64,000 nucleotides of DNA from Leptolyngbyaceae cyanobacterium. Its GTDB lineage: Bacteria > Cyanobacteriota > Cyanobacteriia > Phormidesmidales > Phormidesmidaceae. The position numbers and the translations under genes are program-made. Positions 42,035-52,700 of this stretch are shown piece after piece. The stretch spans positions 1 to 64,000 of the forward strand of contig JBHJHA010000005.1 of assembly GCA_050331235.1 (NCBI GenBank), in the 5' to 3' direction. Below the pieces are notes generated by a model. It was not told where the DNA came from. It was given only the letters and a program-made list of their open reading frames with translations, and searched no databases. Position 1 is the stretch's first letter. Every line of letters begins with the position of its first letter.

Positions 42035-42886
42035 ATGATTTGGCCTTTTAAGTCTCGCGCTCAAAAATCAGTTGCTCGGATTGAAGTATCAGGCGCGATC
42101 GCCGGCACTACCCGCAAAAACGTTTTAGAAGCTCTAGATGAAGTCATCGAAAAGAAGTTTCCTGCCCTGCTCCTCCGAATTGATAGTCCCGGTGGCACCG
42201 TCGGCGACTCCCAGGAAATCTATAACGCGCTGCTCCGGCTACAAGACAAAAACATCCCTGTAGTCGCTAGCTTTGGCAACATTTCAGCGTCGGGAGGAGT
42301 TTACATTGGCATGGGGGCTCAGCATATTGTTGCTAATCCTGGCACTATTACCGGCAGCATTGGCGTTATCTTACGGGGCAACAATCTTGAGCGCCTGTTA
42401 GATCGCATTGGGGTTTCCTTCAAGGTCATTAAATCAGGCCCTTACAAAGATATCTTGGCCTTTGATCGTGAACTCACCGACGCGGAACAATCGATTTTGC
42501 AAGAGCTCATCGACGTCAGCTATGGTCAATTTGTCAAAACTGTAGCCCAGGCTCGAGGGCTGTCAGAGGAAGTTGTCAGAGGTTTTGCAGACGGTCGCAT
42601 TTTTACCGGTGAGCAAGCACTAGAACTCGGAGTAGTGGATCGCTTAGGAACCGAAGAGGATGCCCGCCGCTGGGCCGCCGAATTAGGGGGCCTCGACCCT
42701 GAGAAAGCCCCCGTTGAGAAACTTGAGCCGAAGAAAACTGGCTTGCAGCGGTTTTTGCCGGGAGCTCGGCAGTCTGTTTTGTCCCGAGTGTTTCCTGAAG
42801 CAACCTCCAATCTACAAACCATTACCAATTGGTTAGAGTTTGAAATCAGTACGTCTGGGCTTCCTCTATGGCTCTATCGCCCTTAA
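42035..42886 (+). CDS. sppA: Signal peptide peptidase SppA (short form)
   Basis: LRIDSPGG, ASGGVYI, TGSIGV, KSGPYKD, ADGRIFTG. Confidence 0.93.
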   Translation: MIWPFKSRAQKSVARIEVSGAIAGTTRKNVLEALDEVIEKKFPALLLRIDSPGGTVGDSQEIYNALLRLQDKNIPVVASFGNISASGGVYIGMGAQHIVANPGTITGSIGVILRGNNLERLLDRIGVSFKVIKSGPYKDILAFDRELTDAEQSILQELIDVSYGQFVKTVAQARGLSEEVVRGFADGRIFTGEQALELGVVDRLGTEEDARRWAAELGGLDPEKAPVEKLEPKKTGLQRFLPGARQSVLSRVFPEATSNLQTITNWLEFEISTSGLPLWLYRP

Positions 42887-42998
42887 GCTAAGCCGTACCG
42901 TTTCCAGTTTCACTGTTGCTAGGATTGACTCGAGTTTTATAGCTGATCAATCAATTTTTGATAAACACTTTGGTGCAATCACGTTGGAGGAAGTGAGT

Positions 42999-43400
42999 GT
43001 GGAATGGCGTATTCAAGCGATCCGTGGCGCAACAACAGTTTCTCAAAATGGAGCTGAAGAGATTGCCGTAGCAACCCAGGAGCTATTAGATGCGATCGAA
43101 GCTCAAAATCGCCTCAGCCCTGAGCACATCATCAGTGTCACCTTCTCGGTTACTCGAGATCTTGATGCACTGTTTCCAGCGGCAGCGGCCCGACAGCGTC
43201 CTGGTTGGGATGCCGTACCGCTGTTGGACGTTCAGCATATGCATGTCGAGGGCAGCCTACCACGCTGTATTCGGATCTTGATTCATACCCAAGTGCCAGT
43301 GTTACACGATGAAGTGGTGCACGTGTATCTTAGAGATGCGCAAAATCTCCGTCCTGACCTCGGCGATCCCGCTACTTCAGTGTCTTCTAGCCACCCTTAA
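42999..43400 (+). CDS. aroH: Chorismate mutase, AroH class
   Basis: AIRGATTV, FPAAAAR, LPRCIR, HVYL...LRPDL; GTG start after GGAGG. Confidence 0.92.
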   Translation: MEWRIQAIRGATTVSQNGAEEIAVATQELLDAIEAQNRLSPEHIISVTFSVTRDLDALFPAAAARQRPGWDAVPLLDVQHMHVEGSLPRCIRILIHTQVPVLHDEVVHVYLRDAQNLRPDLGDPATSVSSSHP

Positions 43401-43608
43401 TGCCCAGTTGCCTTAGCGCTCAAGAAATTGTGTAAGGGCCAGAGGCTCCACAGAACTTTATGGGGATAGATAGGGCGTCCAAGCCTCTGACAGAGGCCCC
43501 TATCTCGCCTCAAGATGACTTTATCCCCACCTGTTGCCAAGTGGGAAGACAGATCTTCTAGCGAAGGATGCCGCTAGACTAGCCGCGGCTGCCTTTAGGA
43601 AGCTCAGC

Positions 43609-44508
43609 TTATTTAGACTTACGAGAATGAAACCGAATACCTAAAAATAGGTCGTATAGAAATCCGAAGAGATCTTTCGTCCCATTTAAAATTCCTAATG
43701 ATTGTGGTGAACCTTTCGCATCCAACAATGGCTTCATGATTTCGTAAGCTGATTTATAGCGATACCAGGGAATAGACGGCCACAGGTGATGGATTAGATG
43801 GTAATTTTGGCCCATGATCATCAAGTTCAAAACAGAACTGGGATAAACCCGGGCGTTTTTCCAGCGATCGCGCTCTTCAAACGGGCGGTGTGGTAAGTAG
43901 TCAAAGAATAGCCCTAGGGCAATGCCGACCACAAGCGCGGGAGAAAACCAAAAGTTAAAGATGTATCCCAAAAAGCCAAACTGAACCGCGGCCAACACCA
44001 GCAGGCCAACTGCTAGCCGGCCTAAAAACCACTCCAGTAGCTCCCACTTGCGCCAGAGACGGCGCTGAAAGAAATAAATTTCGTGATAGAAAAAGCGAGC
44101 CGCGATCAACCAAAGCGGTCCGCCTGTCGAAACAAAATGGTCTGGATCATTCTCGGGGTCATTCACATGGGCGTGATGCTGCAGATGAACGCGCGTGAAA
44201 ACTGGGAATGAAAACCCGAGGATCAGAGCACTGCCATGCCCCAAAGCGGCATTGACAATACGGTTACGATGCGCTGAATTGTGCGATGCATCGTGAATTA
44301 CCGTGCCCGCCAGATGCAGCGCCAAAACGTTCATGCAAAAAACGCACCAGCTAACCCATCCCCAGAGGAAATAACCCGCTGTAGACGTCGCAATTAAGAC
44401 CACAGAAGCCAGAAGCATCAGCAGATTTAGGCTCAACCCACCATCTGCTTTCAAATACTCTGAGGGAACGGTCTTAGGAAGTGTCAGGGGCTGACCGGCC
44501 ACCGACAT
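43609..44508 (-). CDS. crtR: Beta-carotene hydroxylase
   Basis: His boxes HDASH, HLQHH and HLIHH; DPENDPDH; FFDYLPHRPF. Confidence 0.92.
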   Translation of the reverse strand: MSVAGQPLTLPKTVPSEYLKADGGLSLNLLMLLASVVLIATSTAGYFLWGWVSWCVFCMNVLALHLAGTVIHDASHNSAHRNRIVNAALGHGSALILGFSFPVFTRVHLQHHAHVNDPENDPDHFVSTGGPLWLIAARFFYHEIYFFQRRLWRKWELLEWFLGRLAVGLLVLAAVQFGFLGYIFNFWFSPALVVGIALGLFFDYLPHRPFEERDRWKNARVYPSSVLNLMIMGQNYHLIHHLWPSIPWYRYKSAYEIMKPLLDAKGSPQSLGILNGTKDLFGFLYDLFLGIRFHSRKSK

Positions 44509-44902
44509 ACGCAAAGCTCCTTACAATCTAACTTCGGTAGTATACGGTACTTAGGAGTAACAATAAAGTTTTGTGACGTTTCTCATTTGGAGGTCCTTGG
44601 TCGGTCGACAGGCTCACGAGCCAGGTGAATTGATACTAATGGCCTCCCCGCGACTTTGAATCCCAAAATGCCGGGATAGTTGCTCGTCGATAGCAGTGCG
44701 ATGGCTCTGCTAAGAGCTCTGTCCAAAGTTCTCAGAAACCCTAAGTAGCGCCCCATAAAAGGCGAGGAAGAGACATCCTCATGCTGGGATAACGTGATAC
44801 TATCCCGATGACTTATGTCGAGAACTGTGGCGAATTGCCAGATATTCTGGGGTGTTCTCAGTTCTGCTTCATCACTTCAATTTTTCCTTCCGTGAACCGG
44901 CT

Positions 44903-46693
44903 ATGCAACTTCGAAATGCTTTGCGACGCACTAAGATTGTGGCCACAATTGGTCCAGCAACTCAAGATCCTGATGTGTTGCGATCGCTGATCGAGGCCGG
45001 AGCTACGACATTACGCCTCAATTTTTCCCATGGCACCCATGAAAACCACCAGCGCAGCGTCCGCCTGATCCGCCAAATTTCCTTTGAGCTCAATCAGCCA
45101 GTGGGCATTTTGCAAGACTTGCAGGGACCCAAAATTCGCTTAGGCCGGTTTGAAGACGGTTCCATTCATCTCAATAAAGGTGATGCCTTTACGCTCACAA
45201 GTCGCTCAGTGCCAGGAACGTCTCGCATCAGCTCAGTTACCTACGAGCCGCTGGCCCAAGAGGTCCCCAGTGGCTCCACCATTTTGCTCGACGACGGCAA
45301 AGTTGAAATGAAGGTCGAATCCGTCGATAAAGCACAGGGAGAACTCCACTGCCGAGTTGTCGTGGGTGGTGTTCTGTCGAATAACAAGGGTGTCAACTTT
45401 CCGGGGGTCTATCTCTCCATCAAGGCCCTCACGGATAAGGACCGTAAGGATTTAATTTTTGGTCTCAATCAGGGGGTCGACTGGGTGGCTTTGAGCTTTG
45501 TGCGCAATCCCCAAGATGTGTTGGAAATCAAAGAACTGATCGCGAGTGCTGGCAAGCGGGTGCCGGTGATCGTCAAAATCGAGAAGCATGAAGCAATTGA
45601 GCAAATGGACGCGATTTTGTCGCTGTCTGATGGTGTGATGGTCGCCCGGGGCGACCTCGGGGTCGAACTGCCCCCGGAGGAAGTACCCATTTTACAAAAG
45701 CGGTTAATCAAGACGGCCAATCGCCTGGGTATTCCGGTGATTACCGCCACTCAAATGCTCGACAGCATGGTCAATAATCCACGACCGACCCGAGCCGAGG
45801 TCTCCGATATTGCTAACGCCATCTTAGATGGCACCGATGCCGTCATGCTGTCAAATGAAACAGCGGTGGGCAAACATCCGGTCGAAGCCGTCGGTACCAT
45901 GGCTCGAGTCGCTTTGCGTACCGAGCAAGAGAAGTTTGTCAGTGAGGCTCAAGAAATGGTGGGGTCACCGAGATCGATCCCTAATGCCATCAGTCAGGCT
46001 GTGGCCCGCATCGCCTCGCAGTTAAATTCGTCTGCGATTATGACCCTGACCAAGTCAGGAGCCACAGCTCGCAATGTGTCCAAATTTCGACCCAAGACTC
46101 CGATTTTGGCCGTTACCCCAGATGTGGCCGTATCTCGCCAGCTACAGTTGGTCTGGGGCGTGCGGCCTCTCGTCGTGCTGGATTTGCCTTCAGCCAGTCA
46201 AACATTTCAAGCGGCCATGAATGTAGCCCAAGAAAAAGGATTTTTACGAGAGGGTGACCTAGTGGTCATGACCGCTGGCACGCTGCAGGGGGTTTCAGGA
46301 TCCACTGATTTGATCAAGGTAGACATTGTCACGGCTGTTTTAGGGCATGGAGTCGGCATTGGCGAGGGATCGGTCAGCGGGCGGGCTCGGGTTGCTCAAT
46401 CTGGCCTTGAGGTTACGGATTTCAATCCGGGGGAAATTTTGGTGGTGCCCCACACCAGCGCTGACTTTGTGGAAGCCATTCGCCAGGCCGGCGGCATTGT
46501 TACCGAAGATGAAAACTTGGCCGGTCACGCGGCAGTATTGGGTCTCCGGTTGGGCATTCCGGTGATTGTCGGGGTTAAAGGGGCTACGGAAACCATTCGT
46601 GACGGCACCATTTTGACGTTAGATACCCGGCGTGGCCTGGTGTATTCAGGGGCGATGAGGGCCGTGAAAGCAGATTCCAATCTAGCAGTTTAG
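44903..46693 (+). CDS. pyk: Pyruvate kinase with C-terminal PEP-utilising mobile domain
   Basis: RRTKIVATIGPA, RLNFSHG, DLQGPKIR, MVARGDLGVE, ATQMLDSM, GHAAV tail. Confidence 0.97.
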   Translation: MQLRNALRRTKIVATIGPATQDPDVLRSLIEAGATTLRLNFSHGTHENHQRSVRLIRQISFELNQPVGILQDLQGPKIRLGRFEDGSIHLNKGDAFTLTSRSVPGTSRISSVTYEPLAQEVPSGSTILLDDGKVEMKVESVDKAQGELHCRVVVGGVLSNNKGVNFPGVYLSIKALTDKDRKDLIFGLNQGVDWVALSFVRNPQDVLEIKELIASAGKRVPVIVKIEKHEAIEQMDAILSLSDGVMVARGDLGVELPPEEVPILQKRLIKTANRLGIPVITATQMLDSMVNNPRPTRAEVSDIANAILDGTDAVMLSNETAVGKHPVEAVGTMARVALRTEQEKFVSEAQEMVGSPRSIPNAISQAVARIASQLNSSAIMTLTKSGATARNVSKFRPKTPILAVTPDVAVSRQLQLVWGVRPLVVLDLPSASQTFQAAMNVAQEKGFLREGDLVVMTAGTLQGVSGSTDLIKVDIVTAVLGHGVGIGEGSVSGRARVAQSGLEVTDFNPGEILVVPHTSADFVEAIRQAGGIVTEDENLAGHAAVLGLRLGIPVIVGVKGATETIRDGTILTLDTRRGLVYSGAMRAVKADSNLAV

Positions 46694-46869
46694 TCATCTG
46701 GGATTTGTTTGGGTGGACTCCCGGCAACGTCTATATACGGAATAGTGCTCGGGGCGGGATCTGACCCCTACAGATCGCGCTCCCTGTCTTTAAATGTGTA
46801 AAGCCCGGTGAGTTTGGCATAGATTGTCAGGAACTAAGGCAGTGTTGCCGGGCTTGGTGCGGTCGACCG

Positions 46870-47090
46870 ATGGTTTATACAAACTATTCGAGTGAACATG
46901 AGTCTGATGAAACACAGATCGTACTGAACCTTGGCATTGTTGAGTGTGTTCTCAAAGTGCTTCGTTAAACTCTTGCCGCGTCCCATCCAAGCCTTGGAGT
47001 GCTCGATTACCCAGCGAGCTTTGACCGGGACAAATTCGGTTTTGCCCGCTGCCGCTTTCTCCGCCACAGATGCATTTGCTGGAGCGGTCC
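46870..47090 (-). mobile_element. Degenerate C-terminal fragment of an IS5-family transposase
   Basis: EKAAAGKTEFVPVKARWVIEHSKAWMGRGKSLTKHFE...LCFIRLM resembles the RWVIERS.AW..R.K.L...FE C-terminal motif; the rest of the gene and terminal repeats were not found. Confidence 0.75.
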
Positions 47091-47305
47091 CCCCCATCCC
47101 CTGGCAAAAGAGGGCAGCGAAATCCAGGTGATGAATAAAATAACCCCTGTTGATGAATAGCCCCTTTTAAGAGGGCGGTGATAGCCGGGGGAGCCTCGAT
47201 TTGTAACGCTTTCATGCAGAATCGGTACTGCACGTCATAAGGCGCACGGGGATTCCATGGAACCCTGGGCATTCTATAAACGAAGCCAATTGCGCAGGAA
47301 GGTTT

Positions 47306-49195
47306 ATGGGACTGCTGGAACTACCACAATTGACTCTAGTCAGTGGCAAAGGAGGCGTTGGGAAAACGACTCTGGCTTGCGCGATCGCCCTGACGACTGC
47401 TGAAGATCATCCGACCGAATCAGTGTTACTCCTATCGACGGATCCAGCTCATTCGTTAGGCGACGTGTTGTTGCTACCCGTAGATGATGACGCGCGCGCT
47501 CACCCCCATCGTCCCAATTTACAGGTCCGTGCCCTGGACGCTGAGCGCTTGCTGACGGCTTTTAGACGTGACTATGGCAAGGTGCTAGAAACTCTGGTGG
47601 AGCGGGGAAGCTTTGTCGAAGATAGCGATCTGACTCCCGTGTGGGATATGGACTGGCCTGGACTCAACGAGTTGATGGGGCTCCTGGAAATTCAGCGAAT
47701 GCTGCGGGCTGGGGAGGCCGACTGCATCATTGTCGACATGGCCCCCAGCGGTCATACGCTCAACTTGCTGGGCCTCATGGACTTTTTAGAGACGCTGTTG
47801 TCCTCCCTGCAGCTCTTTCAAGAAAAGCACCGCTATATGGTGCAGTCGCTGTCTGGAAGCTACCAACCCGATACAGCGGACGAATTTTTGACCACGATGA
47901 CCGCTGATTTGGCCGCTGGGCGATCGCAACTCCAAGCTCCTGAGCGCACTGCCTGCTGGGTCGTCGCCATTCCGGAGCCCCTCAGTCTACGGGAAACTGA
48001 ACGGTTCGTTGCGGCATTGCATGATCTGCAAATTCCCCTGGGTGGAGTTGTCGTTAACCGACTAACGGGCAACGCCTCACAGCAAACGCAACTGCGGAAA
48101 TTTGAGCAAATTCAGCCCGATATCCCGGTGTTGGGGTTGCCGCTGCAAACCGTTGAGCCCGTCGGCCATGAAGCACTCAAGCAACTGTTAGCGGCGGTGG
48201 CCGTCACCACCACTTGGCAAGCTGAGGCCCCGGATACAGTTTGGCACTGGCCTGAGCCTGTCGGCCGGGGATTGCCCGATTTTATTAATGAGGGTCGACG
48301 GTTGATCATCCTTGGTGGCAAGGGTGGGGTAGGCAAAACAACCGTCGCCGCTGCGATCGCTTGGGGCATGGCGCATAAGCACCCCCAAGCTGCCGTGCGG
48401 GTGATGTCCATCGACCCGGCTCATTCCCTCGGGGATGTCCTAGAGATGCCCCTGGGACATCGGGCTACAGCGGTGAATGAAAATCTTACCGCTCAAGAAG
48501 TTGATGCTGATACGGTGCTGCAACAATTTCGTGACGATTACCTATGGGAGTTAGCCGCCATGATGAGTGGCGACACCGGTGATGACCAGCTACAAATTGC
48601 CTATGGTCCCGAGGCGTGGCGCCAAATCGTCGCCCAGGCCCTGCCCGGCATTGATGAAATGCTATCTCTGATCACAGTTATGGAACTGCTAGAGCGGGAT
48701 CAAGAGCAGCTCATCGTGTTAGACACGGCTCCGACCGGACATCTGCTGCGCTTCTTAGAGATGCCTACAGCCTTGGGGGACTGGTTGGCCTGGATCTTTA
48801 AACTATGGATGAAATATCAGGATGTAGTGGGTCATACGGAGCTAATGAGTCGCCTGCGGGGCTTACGCAAGCAGGTTATGAACGCCCAAAAACGACTCAC
48901 CGATGCCACCCACACAGACTTCATCGGCGTCGTTCAAGATCAAACGGCGATTACGGCTGAAACTGCCCGCCTCTGCCAAACGCTGCAGGAGATGTCCGTG
49001 GCCCAGCGCTACATCATTCACAATCGCTATACTGGCACCGACTTGCCAGAGACGGTGTTCCCACAGCAGATGATTGTACGTTTGCCGACTCTGCCGGATA
49101 GTGCCCCTCCCCGTGCCCAAGTGGAGGGCGCGGCAGCACTCCTGTTTGCTCAGCCCCAACGGCATTGTGCTCAAACCTTAGATGGCAACGGGTGA
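47306..49195 (+). CDS. ArsA/GET3-family ATPase with two ATPase domains
   Basis: Two GKGGVGKTT P-loops, two DPAHSLGD motifs, DMAPSGH and DTAPTGH. Confidence 0.92.
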   Translation: MGLLELPQLTLVSGKGGVGKTTLACAIALTTAEDHPTESVLLLSTDPAHSLGDVLLLPVDDDARAHPHRPNLQVRALDAERLLTAFRRDYGKVLETLVERGSFVEDSDLTPVWDMDWPGLNELMGLLEIQRMLRAGEADCIIVDMAPSGHTLNLLGLMDFLETLLSSLQLFQEKHRYMVQSLSGSYQPDTADEFLTTMTADLAAGRSQLQAPERTACWVVAIPEPLSLRETERFVAALHDLQIPLGGVVVNRLTGNASQQTQLRKFEQIQPDIPVLGLPLQTVEPVGHEALKQLLAAVAVTTTWQAEAPDTVWHWPEPVGRGLPDFINEGRRLIILGGKGGVGKTTVAAAIAWGMAHKHPQAAVRVMSIDPAHSLGDVLEMPLGHRATAVNENLTAQEVDADTVLQQFRDDYLWELAAMMSGDTGDDQLQIAYGPEAWRQIVAQALPGIDEMLSLITVMELLERDQEQLIVLDTAPTGHLLRFLEMPTALGDWLAWIFKLWMKYQDVVGHTELMSRLRGLRKQVMNAQKRLTDATHTDFIGVVQDQTAITAETARLCQTLQEMSVAQRYIIHNRYTGTDLPETVFPQQMIVRLPTLPDSAPPRAQVEGAAALLFAQPQRHCAQTLDGNG

Positions 49196-51609
49196 TTTGG
49201 GAGCTGGTTGAGCGGTGGCGATCGCAGCTCTGCTTCGCGCTGGGCAACAAGCTGCTTGACCTTGACCACACTATCAGGATTCAGTGAGATGGAATCAATA
49301 CCGGCCTCCACCAAAAATGCCGCAAACTCTGGATGGTCGCTCGGGGCTTGCCCACAAATACCTACTTTGCGCCCCGCAGCGTGGGCTGTTTTAATCACGT
49401 GCTGAATCGCGATTTTGACCGCCTCATTCTGTTCATCAAACAGATCAGCAAGATCCCCAGCATCGCGATCAACACCCAAAACTAACTGCGTCAGGTCATT
49501 GCTACCAATCGAAAAGCCATCAAAGCGCTCTGCAAACTTGTGTGCCAGCAAGACGTTAGAGGGTATTTCACACATGACATAAATTTGCAGGCCATTGACT
49601 CCGCGTTTGAGCCCGTTGTCCGCCAAAACCTCGAGGACTTTATCCGCCTCGGCAATGGTGCGACAAAAGGGCACCATGATGATCACGTTGGTAAATCCGA
49701 GTACCTCACGTACCTGTCTGAGGGCTCGACACTCTAAAGCAAAACCCTCACGGTAGCGATCGCTGTAGTATCTTGAGGCCCCTCGAAATCCCAGCATTGG
49801 ATTTGATTCAGCCTGCTCAAACCCCTGCCCTCCAATCAAATCCGCATATTCATTGGTCTTAAAATCGCTGAGTCGCACAATTACCGGATGGGGATATTGG
49901 GAAGCCGCAATCTTACCAATGCCTTGGGTCAGTTTATCGACAAAGTAATCCCGTTTGTCCTTATACCCCTGAGTCATGTCGCGAATCACTGCCCAAGCGT
50001 CATGGTCATTTAGCTGGTTATAATGCACTAGCGCCATGGGGTGAATCTTAATCAAGTTGTTGATAATAAACTCCATACGGGCCAACCCGATGCCCTCGGC
50101 GGGCAGTTGCCACCAGCTAAACGCCGCTGCCGGCGTGGCAATATTCATCATGAGTTGAGTCTGGGTCGCCGGCACCTGACTTAAGTCAACCTCCGCCGTC
50201 TCATACGCCAACTGGCCTGGATACACAAAGCCCTGATCGCCCTCAGCACAAGAAATCGTCACAGACTGGTCGTGATACAGGCGTTTGGTCGCATTGCCGG
50301 TGCCCACAATCGCGGGAATGCCCAATTCGCGACTCACAATTGCGGCGTGGCAGGTTCGCCCCCCGTAGTCCGTCACGATACCGGCGACCCGCTTCATCAC
50401 TGGCACCCAGTCGGGGTCAGTCATCTCGGTCACGAGAATGCTGCCGTCTTCAACCTCATCCATCTCGGAGGGATCCATAACCTGGCAGACCTGGCCGCTG
50501 GCGATCGCATCTCCAATACTCAAGCCAGTCACTAGGGGCTCTGCAGAGGCTTTCAGCTTATAGGTTTTGAGGCGACTCCGAACTTTCTGCGATTGTACGG
50601 TTTCGGGGCGGGCCTGCACGATAAATAGGTCGCCGCTGTTGCCGTCTTTGGCCCACTCCATATCCATCGGGCCCCCGTAGTGCTCCTCAATCAGTACGGC
50701 CCACCGAGCTAACTGCAACACTTCGGCATCGCTGAGCACAAAGGCCAAGCGCTCTTTACTACTCGTGTTGATATTTTTGACGGCTGAGCGGCCGCCTTCC
50801 TCGTTGTAGACCATTTTCTTGGCCTTGCTGCCCTTGACTTTGTCAATGATGGGACTCAATCCTGCTTTGAGCAACGGCTTGAACACGACAAACTGATCGG
50901 GCGTAACAGTTCCCTGCACGACGTTTTCTCCGAGCCCCCAGGCCCCCGTGATGATGGCTGCATGGGGAAAACCCGATTCAGTATCGATGGAAAAACTCAC
51001 GCCAGCACAAGCTTTATCCGATCGCACCATTTTTTGTACGCCGATGGATAAGGCCACGTCCATGTGGGCAAATCCTTTTTCTTCGCGATAGCTGATGGCG
51101 CGATCGGTAAATAGTGACGCATAACATTTGTGGCAGGCCATCAATAGTTCTTTTTCGTTGTGAATATTGAGGTAGGTTTCCTGCTGTCCAGCAAAGCTGG
51201 CATCGGGCAGGTCTTCAGCCGTGGCGCTGCTCCGCACCGCCGTATCCACATGGTCAACATGATATTGCTGGCTCAGCGCGCGGTAGGCCCGGCGAATCTC
51301 GTCCTCCAAATCCTTAGGAAAAGGTGCTTCGAGCAACAGATTACGAATGGCTTTGCCTGTCTTTGCCAAAGCCTGCTGCTGCTGGGCAAATGCCTGTAGC
51401 TGCCTCTGAATTTCACCTTCGAGCTGGTTGGCTTTCAAAAAGACCCGATAGGCCGCAGCGGTAATAGCAAAACCGTTCGGCACACGAATACCTTTTGCGC
51501 TTAAATTACTAATTAGTTCTCCCAAGGAGGCATTTTTACCTCCAACGATAGCCACATCGGTATTGGTAAGGGTATTAAAGCGACGAATGTAAAATGACGT
51601 GTTTTCCAT
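49171..51609 (-). CDS. ppsA: Phosphoenolpyruvate synthase
   Basis: VGGKNASLGE, VRSSATAEDL, GGRTCHAAIVSRE, SIGSNDLTQ, GICGQAPSD. Confidence 0.97.
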   Translation of the reverse strand: MENTSFYIRRFNTLTNTDVAIVGGKNASLGELISNLSAKGIRVPNGFAITAAAYRVFLKANQLEGEIQRQLQAFAQQQQALAKTGKAIRNLLLEAPFPKDLEDEIRRAYRALSQQYHVDHVDTAVRSSATAEDLPDASFAGQQETYLNIHNEKELLMACHKCYASLFTDRAISYREEKGFAHMDVALSIGVQKMVRSDKACAGVSFSIDTESGFPHAAIITGAWGLGENVVQGTVTPDQFVVFKPLLKAGLSPIIDKVKGSKAKKMVYNEEGGRSAVKNINTSSKERLAFVLSDAEVLQLARWAVLIEEHYGGPMDMEWAKDGNSGDLFIVQARPETVQSQKVRSRLKTYKLKASAEPLVTGLSIGDAIASGQVCQVMDPSEMDEVEDGSILVTEMTDPDWVPVMKRVAGIVTDYGGRTCHAAIVSRELGIPAIVGTGNATKRLYHDQSVTISCAEGDQGFVYPGQLAYETAEVDLSQVPATQTQLMMNIATPAAAFSWWQLPAEGIGLARMEFIINNLIKIHPMALVHYNQLNDHDAWAVIRDMTQGYKDKRDYFVDKLTQGIGKIAASQYPHPVIVRLSDFKTNEYADLIGGQGFEQAESNPMLGFRGASRYYSDRYREGFALECRALRQVREVLGFTNVIIMVPFCRTIAEADKVLEVLADNGLKRGVNGLQIYVMCEIPSNVLLAHKFAERFDGFSIGSNDLTQLVLGVDRDAGDLADLFDEQNEAVKIAIQHVIKTAHAAGRKVGICGQAPSDHPEFAAFLVEAGIDSISLNPDSVVKVKQLVAQREAELRSPPLNQLPNHPLPSKV

Positions 51610-52700
51610 GGTGAAGATGATTATTTTTATCAATTAAAGCTAGGAAATCTGAATATGTTTTGAGGCCCCATATCTAATCTTTCCGCTAAGTTCGGTAATG
51701 GGTAATCAACTCACTAATGCTGTCAGCTCTTCTCTCAAGACCTTGAAACACAAGTCATTGAAGAGATTTGAGAAGAAAACTACCTGATTTGACCCAATCT
51801 AAACTCACTTGATTGGGAAACTGAAAGTGGCAAAGTTCCATGCTTTTATTCAGCCTAGCTTGTCTCTGCTGGCATTTGAAAAATTGAACTCATTTCTTCA
51901 TTTTGACCAGTTTTTACTGTCATTAATAGCGAGAGACGATGCGATTGCCTGGGGTAGAGCGAAGCTTGAAGGGGGCTGGTGGGCAGTCGCTAATAAGGGG
52001 GCTTACCCTGACATCCCCATCACTGCGATCCATCGAGGATGACCGCAGTCTAAAATTTCTTCTCTCAGGAAAAATTACGGCTGCGGGCTCATTTTCAGGA
52101 TCAACGATCATTTGTATTGGGGATGGCCGCTCTCAAAGCAGAAGGTGGACGGCGGATAAACTGATTTATGGTCGCCTGTACCCCATCGCCACTCCCTGAA
52201 AAATGTGTAAATGTCTGTGACAATTCAGCATTTCCTTTAAGTTATGTTGTCGATGCCTTGACCCCGGTGTTAACGTCAGACGCAATTGAATGTCTTGCAT
52301 TCAATCTAGATGCTCCGCTTTACACATGCATTGGAATTGACTTCCGAGGAGGACTCATATGCTGAGTCATGTCACGCTTCCGATTAGTTATCGTTGAGCA
52401 TATTCAGGTGCCGCGATCTCTGGTTGAGTCTACAGCCCCATGAGTCTACTTAACCGATGAAGGGTTTCCCGCCCGTGATCGATTTGTAATACGACTCAAG
52501 TTCCAGTGATCGCTAGCACACCACATACTGCGTTTTTGAAAAGTTAGGGACGCCAGCTCTGAGCTCGGGATGGGGTTTGTTTGTTGGCAAACCTTCGATC
52601 TTGTCCTTTGGATAGCGTTGCTCACATGACCTATCACTACTGCATTTGGTTTGGTGCTGCTCAATGACCGCAGCGCTGGACCTTCTTTATGGAGGTTTCT

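Noticed and set aside
46750..46771. Third REP-like copy (GGGGCGGGATCTGACCCCTAC)
   Set aside because: The left GTAG arm is missing and the stem is only about 4 bp.
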